Part shown: piece after piece, positions 48,431 through 63,392 of the stretch
Layout of the letters: each line of letters starts with the position of its first letter
Position numbering within the stretch: the stretch's first letter is position 1
Assembly: GCA_051362555.1 (NCBI GenBank)
Contig: CM120643.1
Span: 6,820,001-6,884,000 of the forward strand
Source: Lingula anatina
Taxonomy: Eukaryota > Animalia > Brachiopoda
Length of the DNA: 64,000 nucleotides
Reading direction: 5' to 3'
Program-made: the position numbers and the translations under genes
The notes under the pieces: generated by a model
What the model was told of the DNA's origin: nothing
The model's input: the letters and a program-made list of their open reading frames with translations, nothing else
Databases searched by the model: none

Positions 48431-50080
48431 GTGAAGGTATTGTTTTCTGATTTCATTGTTTGTTCTCTGTTGTCGCGACTCTGTGATTGCGTGCGACGTT
48501 GTATATGTGCGCACGCTTGTTTTTACGTCGCTTATTCTTCTTTGTTACGTTAAAATGATACATACGTTACCGGTACATACGTTACCATGAAGCGTGTAAA
48601 TATTTATTCTATTTTCATTGGTTTTCTTTCGCTCTGTGGGCCAACACTAATGTCTTTTATTTGTGTTTCATTAAAATAGTGTTGGCGCACAAAAGGAAAG
48701 ACAACCAATGAAAATAGAATAAAAATATTTACACGCTTTATGGTAACGTATGTATCATTTTAACGTAACAAAGAAGAATGAGCGACGTAATAACATGCGT
48801 GCGAACATATACAACGTCGCACGCAACCACAGACTCGCGACAACAGAGAACAAACAATGAAATCAGAAAACAATACCTTCACGTTATTTGGTAACGTATG
48901 TATCGGTGACGTATGTATCATATAAAGAATTTCAACAAACGATTTCAAGACAAGTAATCTTTACTTGCCCTGCTTTTCCTTCTTATTGTAATGCTGTATA
49001 CCGTAAGAATAAGGCGTTTGCTCACAAAACGGACAACAAACAATTAAAAAATAAAAGTATTTACAAGCCACATGGTAACTATTTTCATTGGTTGTCTTTC
49101 GTTTTGTGCGCCAACACTTATGTCTTAATGTTACATTAAAATGAAAGAAAACGAGACAAATAAGATTTCTTGCCTTCAACTATCTTTGAAAATTGTTCAT
49201 ATGATACATACGTTACTGATATATACATGGCCAAATAATATGAAGGTGTTGTTTTCTGATTCCATTGGTTGTTTTCTGTTGTCACGGCTTTGTTAGTGCG
49301 TGCGACTTAGTACATGTATATGTGCGCACGTTTGTACGTCGTTCATTCTTTTTGTTACGTCAATATGATACATACGCTACCGATACATACGTTACTATGA
49401 AGCGTACAAATATTTATTTATTCTATTTTCATTGGTTTTCTTTCGTTTTGTGGGCCAGCACTTATGTCTTAATGCTACATTAAAATGAAAGAAAACGAGA
49501 CAAATAAGATTTCTTGCCTTCAACTATCTGTGAAAATTGTCCATTTGATTCATACGTTACCGATATATATGTACGTGACCAAATGTCACGACTTTGTGAG
49601 TGGGTGTGACTTTGTATATGTGCGCACTACGTTTTACGGCCTTCATTCTTATTTGTTACGTAAATATGATACATATACGTTACCAAATAACGTGAAGGTA
49701 TTGTTTTCTGATTTCATTGTTTGTTCTCTGTTGTCGCGACTCTGTGGTTGCGTGCGACGTTGTATATGTGCGCATGCTTGTTTTTACGTCGCTTATTCTT
49801 CTTTGTTACGTTAAAATGATACATACGTTACCGATACATACGTTACCGTGAAGCGTGTAAATATTTATTCTATTTTCATTGGTTTTCTTTCGCTTTGTGG
49901 GCCAACTCTTATGTCTTATATTTGTGTTTCATTAAAATAGTGTTGGCGCACAAAAGGAAAGACAACCAATGAAAATAGAATAAAAAATATTTACACGCTT
50001 TATGGTAACGTATGTATCATTTTAACGTAACAAAGAATGAGCGACGTAATAACATGCGTGCGCACATATACAACGTCGCT
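48431..50080. repeat. Fold-back array, copy 2 (one extra internal sub-unit)
   Basis: Paralog of 4281-5730 with an additional segment at ~49350-49560. Confidence 0.9.
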
Positions 50081-51030
50081 GACTTGATATCTGTAAGATT
50101 CTGCAGGGAGAAATGGGAGACATGGCCTAGTTTTTTACCTCTCAAAAAGTTTGCAATATACTTTGTCTTTCAGTGGTCCCCGATTCTTTAATATTACCAA
50201 TGTTATCACTTTGAACCACATAAAATACTTTTGGAAGTAAAAGAATCATATTAGAAACTATCACTACACTTTCTTTTTATCATTTTATTTTTATTCATCT
50301 TAGTATTGCCACTGACATATATACTAGTGCCTCAATTTAGGACTCATTCCCAATGACACTATTGGTCTATGTAAATCGATCCAACTCCACAGGGACTCTT
50401 GCTGAATGCAATTGGATTGGCTCACCTCCTTTTGTTTATAACATGCTTGTTTTCCATTTTCTCTTCAAAGCTAGGGGGTGGTATGCTAATCTCTTAATCT
50501 GATTACATTCAGCAAGAGTCCCCCTGAATTGATCTACCTAGACAGATAAAGCACTGAATGCACTCTTATTTTTATTGGGACTGAGTTCTTAGACCTAAAT
50601 ATTCTTACACAGTCATATAAATAAAACAACAACAATAAATAATAATTTTTAATATTTATTTATAATTAAAAGTTGGTTGGTACATTTATAATGTTGAAAT
50701 GATAATTCTCAGAAAAACAAAGGTCAAATATATTTTCAAAAGTGCATTAAAATTGAAAGTTATGAATAAAGTTGATGAAATCATATAATTACCTAATATA
50801 ATATAAGTATGATAAATAGTGACAAAAACTGCACTGTAGACTTTCAATTTACTTTTCAAAGACATAAAAACTGTATTCACAAACATTTGCACAGTATTTT
50901 TACTTACATTTTTGCATTAAAAATTCCCCATGTAAATTTATATGTACTTTGTAATATTTCATAAGGAAACAAAAGTCTGAAATTCACTGCAAAGAGACTG
51001 TAGTTTACCACTTTTAAAATGTTCCCTCTC

Positions 51031-51185
51031 TCATCACTGTATATCATGTCCACAGTGTGTTCAGTGATTTCTATATGAGACTACAGACACATATATAAAT
51101 ATGATCATCACTGTATATCATGTCCACAGTGTGTTCAGTGATTTCCATATGAGACTACAGACACATATACAACTATGATCCCCAC
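51031..51185. repeat. Tandem repeat, 2 x 74 bp
   Basis: TCATCACTGTATATCATGTCCACAG at 51031 and 51105. Confidence 0.9.
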
Positions 51186-51270
51186 TGCACTGATGAATAA
51201 AAAAGTCACATCATATATATTATCTGGTTGGGGTTATGTGTGTAAATGAAATATCTTAAATATGACAGTT

Positions 51271-51473
51271 AGGCCCCATTCACAATAGATGATCTGAGTG
51301 CTAACTGATCTGCCAACAAAATATGGCAGATCACACTTCAAAAGAGATGACGCTGATTCCTGATGGTCTCCCTGCCTCCACACACGCCATATAACAGATT
51401 AATTCTTGGCTGCGAGTTTTAATTACTAGGCCCCTGCAGTTAGTACTCGGATCATCTATTCTGAATAGGGCCT
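51271..51473. mobile_element. Harbinger-type MITE
   Basis: AGGCCCCATTCACAATAGATGATCTGAGTGCTAACTG / CAGTTAGTACTCGGATCATCTATTCTGAATAGGGCCT. Confidence 0.8.
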
Positions 51474-51614
51474 TAGTGTTAAAGTAACTCTCAGGTGTTG
51501 AAAAACTGGATTTTTTTTATTTATCAAGTATGCTTCATCAGTTTTGTATACATACCCATTGTAAGCATAAGTTTTACCCCTACCCAGGTTCTGTATGATA
51601 TTATTTGTTAATCA

Positions 51615-51800
51615 GCACATTCAGAACAGAGAACTAACAGATCCGTGGATCAAATATGGCAACCCACTAAATGCTAATGCTTGTTGCTTAATCCCCATAG
51701 GGAATCTATTTAGTGTCTAATCAGGAATTAAGTGGCAAGCTTTTTGGTGGGTTGCCATATTTGATCCGCAAATATGTTAGTCCGCTGTTCTGAAGCAGCC
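51615..51800. mobile_element. Harbinger-type MITE
   Basis: TTCAGAACAG..GGATCAAATATGGCAACCCAC / GTGGGTTGCCATATTTGATCC..CTGTTCTGAA. Confidence 0.75.
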
Positions 51801-52910
51801 AATGAGGTATGAGAGAGAAAATATAACAACAGCTACAGGAGTCTGAAGTTTTCTTAATGCTTAATTTCTCTCTCCAACTTCTCTTTATCTATGCCTCTCT
51901 ACAACTTCAACCCAGTTTCTCTGAAATAAAATTCTGCACTAATGAGCTAAATTAAATAAATAAACATTCTTTGATTACAAACAGCTCCAGAATTACCAGG
52001 TGGGAATTTACTAGGTACCAGTACTTATAACAGACATTAACAATGTGATGATTCAGTCATCATTCTGACTTGCTTAATCCAGTATTGGTTTATTAGCACT
52101 ACATGTACTTTAGGCAAGCTAACTCAATAAATAACTTTGAACATTTAAGATAAGAAAATACCTTGTCTTTTGATTCAATTTTCATTAAAAAACTAACAAA
52201 AAATTACAAAGTAAGCAACAAAATTAATAATAAGTACTCATCTTTTACAAAGACTAGTACAATGAGATCACAACAGTAGTGTACATACTAGTATAAAAGT
52301 TTCAGTATACTTACTACAAAAAGTTGTTTAATTCTTTATTTAAAGAAATAATAATAAAATGATTTTCTGCATATTACTTATACAGAATTGCTGCAGACAT
52401 CTTTTACACCTAATTATCTTTGTGGAAACCTTAAGATGAGCACTAACATAAGACAAGACAGCAAAGCTGCCAAAATATACAGACACAAAACATAAAACAT
52501 GTTGCAACAATAGAGTTTAATAGATTTTTTCTGTGACAACACTGAATATATAAAAATATCATACATAATGTATATGAATATGTGGGTCAAGGCCTATGGG
52601 TTTATAACTTCGCCAGTTTTACCATTAGTTATATAATAGCTTCTTTCAATACTTATAAAACTACATGTGTATTTGTAAAAATAATCAAATCCTGCTTATT
52701 TTTAATTCAAGCAGCTTTATACTAAACAAAGCCTCTCTGCATATTTGATGTAAAACAAAAACATGGTTTGGTATCTATGGTAAGACAGACACCAAAATAC
52801 ATGCAAAAATAAAATAAATAAATAAATTATGATTTTTTAGAATTTTTTACTCAGTCAAAGTGGGGAGGGAGGGGGGGGGGGGGGGTGAACCATGTTCAGA
52901 ATGAACACCA

Positions 52911-53671
52911 ATTACACCAAAAATTAGTATGTATGGTGACTCAGCTTGGATACCACTAAAATTTAATAGGTGGTTGAACATACTTAGACTTTGGAATAAT
53001 TTAATACTCGCCCAAAATGAAAGACTTGTCACACAGATTTTTTTTAGGAGATTACAAATTGGGGGGGGGGGGGGGGGGGGGGGGGAACTGGTGCTTTGAG
53101 GTAAGAGAGACCAAATTCTGTAATATGGAAACCTATTTTTTTAACAAACAAATTGTAGATATAGAATACATTAAAAAAAACTATTTTATGAACATTCCAA
53201 ATTAAATGGAAAAAAGGCATTTTGAAATTTCCTAAACTTCGAACATATATGACATTTAAAAAAGAATTTAAAACTGAAAAATATTTACAAATAGATTTAA
53301 ATAGAAAAAAAATCAATTTTTACTCAATTTTGAATGGGCATTTTGCCTTTGCATGTAGAAACTGGACGGTATTCAAATACACCTTCAAATGAAAGAATAT
53401 GCCAAGTATACAAAAAAGAACAAGAAGATGAGAGTCATTTATTACTTTGGTGCACTGCTTACACAGAGGAAATTTTATAAAATGTTGGAGATTCAAAAAA
53501 ATGATACAAATGACATTTCTATAGAAGACTTAATGGAAAAAAATTTGAGGCAATTAGCAAAATTTCTAGTTAAGATTTTTGATTTAAGACGCAGAATTGT
53601 ATACAACAGGTGTCTTATAAGCCCCAAGGGCTGGGTGTTCTATACACATGACACGTTAATAAATGATGATG
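52911..53671 (+). mobile_element. 5'-truncated non-LTR retrotransposon (RTEX-like C-terminus)
   Basis: PKLRTYMTFKKEFKTEKYL...GILPLHVETGRY....ERIC...EDESHLLLWC..Y; AATAAA followed by a (TGA)n tail; TSD ATGAACACCA/ATGAATACCA; empty site at ~7639-7648 in copy 1. Confidence 0.88.
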
Positions 53672-54643
53672 ATGAATACCAGTGGATGTCTGGGGATGGC
53701 TACAGGAACATGGACCCTATCTCCTGATGTCAGGGAGGAAAAAGAAATGGTTGGAGATTGGTTCACAAACCTTGACTGCATTGGGATAAATTATCATCAA
53801 CAATAGATTTCAGAAGGACATTATGTCAGGAACAAGTATTTTCCCCAAATAAAGGTAGGGAGATGATATTGTAACAATACCCCCCTCCTATATGTTTGGT
53901 CTACAATACCACATTTCCACCTGTCTTTAGATGTGCTGGGAAGCAAATTAAATTGCTACTGCGGTTTAAAATTTGTAATAAACTGTGTGTTGGCAGAGCA
54001 TTATAAACTCAAGCATGCTCTGAGGAGGGATGAGAAGAAGAGCCCAGCAGTCCTAGACATCTTGTAGAAGCCCCCTCTGCTGGTGGACGTAACACCTGGG
54101 GAGGAGGTGACCCTCACCCCGTCCCCTTTCTCCAGCCCCAGGTCAACTGGAAGAAATTTGAAGTAGAACCAACCCCTGAACGAGACGAACACCTAAGTTC
54201 CTCGGAGGGAGAGGAAGAGCAACTAACCAGTAAAGTGAGCAGGAGAGAAGTAAAAGAGGAAGATGGGGAAATAGTGAATGTGGATTTTCTCTGTTCTTTT
54301 CAGTGGCTATAATTCCCAATGAGTGCCATTTACAAACAAGTGCCAACACAGATAACTTGGTTACTGTGGATCTTGAATCATTGCTATGTGTAGACGATTT
54401 AGATTGCCAAAGCATGTTTATGTATTTATTTTCAAAAAATAAAAAATAAAAATAATAAAAAAATAAATAATAATGTCATAAAAATATTCAAAAAGAAACT
54501 AGCTTCCTTGATGTTTTTATCAGATTATGGATAGCCATTAAAAATAAAAAAGAAAAAATTAAGTAAAATATACTAGTAGTGTTATACAATGTATGTATTC
54601 TTTTATTACAGGTAAATATTATATAATTTTACAACTATTTACA

Positions 54644-55114
54644 GATCCTTCACCATTCCCGTCCTCACCTCCTAGTACTAGTACATATACTAGCACAAAC
54701 CACACAAGTCAGATTAGAAGACAGGCAGAAGTTCCAGCAGATTAAGTCCAAGTCCCAAAGAGAAGGAGGAAGCATGCCATCTCAACAACAGGTAAGACAT
54801 ATTGAAGAGTCAATACAGGCTTCATTTATACACAATATGGTACTGTGCATGTACCCAAAGTACCTGTCTTCATCTGATATATTAAGTAAAAATAACTATT
54901 GTTTAATAAAATGCTTGAACTTTTGCATAAGTAACATTACAGCATATCATATGGTATATCTCTTTTCTTCATTGTAGAAAAAAAAACAGAATCAGAGGTG
55001 GAGAAACTCCAAAAGGAAGTCCTCAAGCAGGAGGCAATAAATGCCAAACTCAATGAAAAGAAACTGTTATTAGAGATCCAACTGTTAGAGAAGAAACTTT
55101 TAGCAACTGATTAA
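54644..55114 (+). pseudogene. Two terminal exons ending in a coiled-coil, like Harbinger Myb/MADF C-termini
   Basis: ag|ATCCTTC...CAG|gtaag; ag|...EVEKLQKEVLKQEAINAKLNEKKLLLEIQLLEKKL*. Confidence 0.45.
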
Positions 55115-55791
55115 TTCTTAGCTCGTGGGCTGACATTGTTTTTCTTTACAGGTAAAATTGTTTTCTTTTTATCTTTCATTTTGTATTAAGTTATATATTA
55201 TTTTATTAACCCTCATTATTTAATTATTATTATCAATTTAATGTTTAATTTAATGTCTTATTTAGTAAACTTATTTAACTCTGTAATTTATAAAAAATAA
55301 AATGACTTTCTCTCTTTACGTCTCGTGGGCTGACATTGTTTTTCTTTACAGAACTGGAATAAAATCTGTTACAATTTAGCGCCCAAACAGGGACCTACGA
55401 TAGTAAAAGAGAAGTCATATAACACGTAACTGCAGTTTTGTCGATCCCACCCATTGAGCTAATGGTAGCCAGAATGGTGATTTCTTGGTGTTGAAAAAAC
55501 TGGTCGAGTCGCCGTTTCATCTGGGGACGCCTAGTACGACCGCCGACAAAGCCTGTTGTGAAGAAAACAAAGACGTTTTCCTGATCTCTGTCTTGGTGTA
55601 TGTGTTGGTTGTGAATAATACAAAGTCTGTCATTTCTGGTGTATACATCTTCTCGTACTGGGTGTCACAGCTGCCGGCTGTGACACCCAGGAGCTGAAGC
55701 TAACTACGATCCACTGCTTGAAATCGTCAATGATGATCGGTTATTTATAAGACAGTAGGACCACAAGGAGGCCAGACACCAGGAGACCCTG

Positions 55792-56160
55792 GTGTTGGCT
55801 TTCAATACAGAAGAAGAGACATCTTTACTTGACTCAAGAAAATCACCCCAGTCTGAGCCCGTAGAGAAAAGAGAAGAGCCACCAACAAAAGTAATTGTAA
55901 GACCCATACAAGGGGGAAAAGGGATCAGGATGGGGTCATCCCCCATACCGCCAATTGAGGGCACGAGCTCAGAAGATGAGGAAGAACCCTGCATTGCCAT
56001 ACCATCCCTTCCCTCCCCCATATCAAGAGAGGAGGGAATTGCCAAATTGTATGCTCGGGTCAGGAAATCTTCGGAGAAAGAAGTAATTTACCCAGATGGC
56101 AAGAAGGAGATAACCAGAAATTTTTACTGTTTCATTAAATTAATTTTTAATATTTGCTAG
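55792..56160 (+). CDS. Remnant accessory ORF upstream of the PPT, function unknown
   Basis: Open acidic/Pro-rich frame ending EVIYPDGKKEITR..., inside the LTR element. Confidence 0.3.
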   Translation: MLAFNTEEETSLLDSRKSPQSEPVEKREEPPTKVIVRPIQGGKGIRMGSSPIPPIEGTSSEDEEEPCIAIPSLPSPISREEGIAKLYARVRKSSEKEVIYPDGKKEITRNFYCFIKLIFNIC

Positions 56161-57292
56161 TTGATTTTTTTTCATTCCACTTTAACTCCTAATTGCCTAT
56201 GGAGTTATGAACTATGAACTGTTACTGACATTGAATATGAAATTCAATATTAATTTGTCAAGAATTTTTTTAAATTGAATAAATGGGTGTTAAGATACTT
56301 CACCACTCGTTGTTGATTCAGGAGAACCAAGTTTTAAAGGATGGGGGCAGTGTAACAATTGGGGTCAGTGAGGCTACGAATCTGCTATAAGAAATCATTA
56401 ATAAGTGTTCAAATAAAATCTACTAGACATGACTATCCAAAACTGCACTTGGCTTCTTTTCTTAAAATCTATTAAATTGTCCATCTTTATTGAATCTAAT
56501 TTATATTATTTTTCAGGGAAAAGTGTGTTAATGATGCTTCTTATTACTCAATTTTTTATTCTATACACCTAAAAAAACATTTTATGTTTTATTGAAATTC
56601 ACTGATTAACAGGTATCTATTTCAATAATTTACTAAAAAATGTTTATTGTACAAACTGTGAAACGTTTAAAACTGGAATGAAATTATTTTGTTTGAGAGT
56701 TAAATGCATAATTTTTATTTTAACCATATACTGCATAATACATTCACTGATATTAACACTCTATGACATTTAACTATTTTATTGTTTCAAGTGAACCATG
56801 CAGTCATGTGATAAGACATCCCTTCAGTGTTTATATATGTCACAAAGTAGGGATTTCTGGGAAGTTAACATCTTTCATATCTGTAAGCTGGGGTACATTT
56901 AAATAAGCAGCTGATATTTGCAAAGATGCATGCTACAATGCAATCAAGAGTTACTGGCAAGATGGGCCAGTTGAAGCATATTACAGAGCTTGTTACCAAG
57001 ATTACACCAACACGGAACACCTTACAAGGCTGAAAAAAAGAAAAGGTCAAGAACTGATGCTGACAATTTTACATATTGCATGTTGGTTGCTTTCTTGCTT
57101 TCCATTTTTAAGCTACATCCTTTCTTTTCTTTGCTAGCTTTTGTCTTGAAAAAGGCTCCACCAAAGTTTGTGCTGTACAACAAACTTGCATTTGCATTCA
57201 TCTGATCTTTTTTGGGACTTATGTTTCTCAGCATGAGCTATGTTATTTGGCTCAATTGGAAGAAGGTACTGAAACAAAATTTTGTGTTGCAC

Positions 57293-58140
57293 TTGCATAT
57301 TTGGGCACTTTGATAATAAAATCCAACTGTGATCCATCTAAAATTTTGTTAAAAATGATGAACCACAAGAAAAAATTCCAAAAGAACACTAGAGAGGTTT
57401 CAGCAGCTTTAAAACATCAACAAGATTTTAAGTAAAGAAAAACAACCTGCAAATGGGGGAAAAATGGTTACTCTGGGAGTAATGACAAAATTGACAAAAC
57501 AATACTTTACTTACTGTTTCACTTGAAGTCCAAACCAGATTATTATCAATGGCAAAGGATATTGAAAAAATCAATCTGTTCTCAATATAGCATCTTTTGA
57601 CCCTGTCAAATTCAATTTTGAGTTTACAGACCCTTTTGCCTGGAATGTAATTAGTTTTCTATGTATTACTAATAATGAATTTTAGGAGTTAAAGAAGGAA
57701 ATCACAGGTAACTTTAATTGGTACCGTGAGAAAGGAATGGTGAGAAGAATGATTTTACCTGTACTTTTTTTGATGATATTTAAGAAACTCAAACAGAATT
57801 CTCAGTTTACCAGAGAGTTATCCCACAAAATAAAACATGGTCTTTTTGGTTAAATTTTGTTCACAGAGATTGCTTTTTATACATTTCTTTACATCTTTTT
57901 GTGAGAACAGGTGATTGGAATCTAAGAATTTTTTGTTTGCAACACCAGTGAGGCAAAAATGAAGGCGTGGCAGAAAATTACAAGAAGGTTAGTGCCGAAT
58001 TTTTTAAATCAAAAGCACTAGAATAGATGACTTGACTATTGATATATTTTAATCTTACAATTCCATCCTCCACTTAATTACTTCTTTTATAAACATAAGG
58101 AACTACATCATTATGCATAGTATATTGAATAGAATTGGAA
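57293..58140 (+). repeat. Segmental duplication block B, copy 2
   Basis: Paralog of 18347-20390 lacking the Harbinger insertion. Confidence 0.9.
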
Positions 58141-58243
58141 AGATTTTTCCAGCTACACCAAAATGAAGGAGGCGGAAAGGAGGGAGATTAAAAAGACTGG
58201 TGGTAGGGTCTCTCAAATAATGTTAACTCCAATCCAAGAAAAG
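58133..58243 (+). pseudogene. Third Harbinger Myb/SANT fragment
   Basis: WKDFSSYTKMKEAERREIKKTGGRVSQIMLTPIQEK|gttag. Confidence 0.6.
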
Positions 58244-58319
58244 GTTAGCATTTTATAAAAAAATTAAATGTACATAGTCAGAACATACCTTAAGTAGATG
58301 GCTTGTGTTTGAATATACA

Positions 58320-59801
<1,482 letters not shown>

Positions 59802-60811
59802 AATGATTACTATAGGAACTTTTGTTTCAGGTTGTGTCAATTATTGGTGAGACTGCCATTGCCACCCTGAGCTTCAGAGCTAACTTGACACTAACCTCTT
59901 CACTGTAGCCTATCTTCATCGTGTCAAGTAACCTCTGACGAAAATAGTTTGACCTAGTTTATATAAGCCAATCAAATCCATGTTTCAAAATTTTTCACCA
60001 AAGTTTGGTGAAAACGCTGATTGGTTGACCGTCAATCGGCAATCCTCGGCTGATTCCGCAAGCTCCATACTAACAACAAAGTTATTGTCGAGTGCGGAGA
60101 CATCCGAGTAGTTCCGAGTGTATTACCGTACACAAAGAAAGCAAGGCGAGTGACTACGAAAAAGAATGTGTTAAGTTATCTCTTGATTCTTTGCAAAATA
60201 TGAGTAAATCGGAATTGAAACCATAGGGTCTAGCAGTTTGAGGCCCTGCATCATTATCTACTGAGAGACGACGTTATTTGCGTGCTGCCCACAGATTACG
60301 GCAAGTCCCTGATATTCAGCCTTATCTTTGATTGGTCCGGATTTGAACAAAGCGCGCTTTGACTCGTTCGCGTTCATTGGCTAGATCGTTTAATGAGTCA
60401 TTGAGTGCGGGCTTTTAAATTTGATTGGCGGGCGGCGGAGGCAATCGAATCTGGTCAGAGGTTACTTGACACGATGAAGATAGGCTACAGTGAAGAGGTT
60501 AGTGTCAAGTTAGCTCTGAAGCTCAGGGTGGCCATTGCAGACTTTCAAGGAGAAATTGACACATTCCAACAACAAAGTCAAAATGGCAAGTATACCAAAA
60601 TTACAATTGATCTTCTGTTTGTAGTATTTCATTGTATTTAACTGTAATTATGAAACTATTCACTTGTAATACTTTGTGAAATGTTATAAGCATGTAAAAA
60701 CATTATCAATCTTATGTTTACAGCACAACCTTCAATCTGCAAAAATGATGATAATGAAGATGATGCTTTCAACTGCCGTTGATGTATGGAGTTTTTTAAT
60801 GAAAGTAAGCT

Positions 60812-63287
60812 TTATTAATATATATTATTTACTCTTTAAAATTATATTTTGGCTACTCTTTCTTCTTATATAGACTCATGTAAGTACCTATAACACTAAT
60901 ACCATCACTATGCATGAAGGCAGTATTTCTAAAATGCAAAGTAAGATGCATATGCTGAAGTTAAATAAAATTCAGATCTGAAGATAAACTACATTTTTCA
61001 GCTTGGGGGAATACAATACAGTTGTGCCAGGAGAAGAAGCCAGTCATGCGAGAGAGGAACTGGAAGGTACTTTATTAATATCAGTAATCTTAAGTCCTAT
61101 TTTTTAAAATTGGACTTTTTGCATAGAATTTTTAAAATATTACTTCTGTCTTGCATAATGAAGAATGATTTGGAAAAAGCAAGGTACCATTTTATAAAAA
61201 TTTTAAAAAGGCCTAGATAAACTATATGGGGAGAGATATTTTACTTTTAATGCACATTGTTTATTGCATTTAGTCTCGAAAGTTGAAGATTTGGAGTCAC
61301 TGTGGGCACACAGCTGCTTTTATTATTTTTTTTTTATTATTTTTTTTTTTTTACGAAAGCTTAAATGGCTACCTGAGAAAACAATTTCATAGAACCCAGC
61401 AGGTAGAATTGCAAATATTACCAGAGCTAATTGAAAAAAGATGGTCCTGTGTAGGCCCTGGTGCAGCAGACGACTAAACGGCCAAGTTTGACATTTTCAG
61501 ACAGGATAGGTAATTCCTCTCATATCCTGTTCCAACAACTCAAGAATTGTCACAGTTAAAAGTGAAATCTAAGGGGCCAAGTAATTTTTTGAGTTCTGTT
61601 AATGGGCAAGATATATTCTAAAGAAGAACGCCTTGACCCAACGCAGCACAGGGGGGCTCAAGGACAGCACAATATAACAAAAGACCAATCTGCTCACAAA
61701 CACTAGACTATATAATTATTATATGTCAAAAACCAGCGTTCAGAAATTGTATCCATCTGTAATGAACGAGGAGCTATGGTGACTATGTCTCTCGGCGATG
61801 AACACTGCCAATCGAAATTTAAGGTGTTCACAAAAGATCAACATATAGGAAAGCTAACACGTGTTTCCCTACAATACACATTCATGGCTGATTGAGGCAA
61901 CATTTGAAAGAGCAACCAATTAACTTACAGACCATGGCGCACCGTGGTAGAAAATGAAGAAGAAAAGCAGACAATTATCAAATATATGCACAGTGACAGT
62001 GAGTGAAATTTACAGATATTACTATTCTTTTACAACCTTTGGATTTATATTACTGTGAATGGAGTGTTAGTGATATGCATATACTGATATTACAATGTAC
62101 TACCAGGTGCTTTGTGCTTTCTTGTTGGGAAATGTTGTATGAAAATACAACATTTCCCAACAAGAAAGCACAAAGCACAGTCCTTACTATTTAATGTTTG
62201 GCACATAAGTAAATGATAAAGTAGACCCCATTTTAAAGTAACATCAAGTAAACTATTGTCCTCACTCTCTGAAATACAAGTGGTGTTTAATTCTGAATAC
62301 TAAGTCCCATATTATAATATTGCCCTATTGAAATGGTCCGTATGATAATCATGTTTTTGGTTGGTTTTGATGCGGATTTCATTTTGAATTGTCAGGTGGG
62401 GAGCACCAGAAAGGCTCCTTTCAGACCAAGGAAGAGAGTTTGTGGCTGAAATAAATACAGAGGTTTGCCGCTCCCTCAGCATAGAGAGGTCTGTGACAAG
62501 TGCTTATCATCCTCAGACCAATGGTCTGCATGAGAGGACAAACCAGACACTGAAGACTCCATTGAGCAAGCTCATTAATGAACACCAGAACGACTGGGAT
62601 TCTTATTTGGAGGATGTGGCGTATTCAATCAGGACACAAAAGCAAGCGTCCACAAAGATCACTCCTTTTTTTCTAATGTTTGGGAGGCACCCTAGGTCTC
62701 TGAGAGAGGTAATTCTAGATTTAAAATTTTAATGATTGAGTAGACAACATGAATTTTGGAACATTTTTATTATTATTTTCTGACATCTCAGTAATAGGTT
62801 TGTTACATCACTGAAACTGTGTTTGAAAAGCAGTCTATGTGTAACCAAAATGTGTATTAGATATGATATGCTTTGGTCTTGGCATTTATATCAAACATAT
62901 TTAATCTTTTAAATCATGCAGACCTCTTTTAGATTATCAGCTTTTTCTATATACGCTTAAATGGCCGCACTACAAATATTTTATTTACCTACCTATTTTT
63001 TCATTCTTCTGATTATTTTACTTAACAGGCTGGCTGCTAGTCATGCTACTGATCTTGTCTTTACCTTAAATGAAGTAGGAAGCATGAAACATCCCGTGTT
63101 CAAGCTCCCGTGTTAAAAAAAAATAACATGATGAATTTTAAAGAGGTTTTCTAATTTCAATTGTGATTTCCATTTTTAGATGAATGCCAAAGATGGTGGA
63201 AGTATTAAAGCCATTTCTGTAAAAGATGAAGTTCTAGACGACATGGTCAACCATAGAGAGGCACTGCTAGATGTCACCAAGAAAGTT
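60812..63287 (+). repeat. Segmental duplication block C, copy 2 (EnSpm, BEN and Ginger fragments)
   Basis: Paralog of 21097-23690; Ginger exon at 62396-62708. Confidence 0.95.
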
Positions 63288-63392
63288 TACAAAGTTCATC
63301 TAGTTAATTTACATTACAGCTACATGCAATCATTTAATTGAAATCATGTATGAGGGTAAGACATTTAATTATATTAAATTATGATATTTTAG

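Larger units (their letters stand above)
44296..53833 (+). repeat. Segmental duplication block A, copy 2
   Basis: Colinear with 1-7796, with extra insertions at ~50925-51840 and 52911-53671. Confidence 0.95.
53870..56359 (+). mobile_element. Deleted LTR retroelement: 5' LTR, tRNA-Lys PBS, ~1-kb interior, PPT and a 9-bp stub of the 3' LTR
   Basis: TGTAACA (53870) ... TGTTACA (55373); PBS TAGCGCCCAAACAGGGAC (55377-55394, close to TGGCGCCCGAACAGGGAC); PPT AAAGGATGGGGGCAG, then TGTAACAAT at 56351. Confidence 0.7.
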
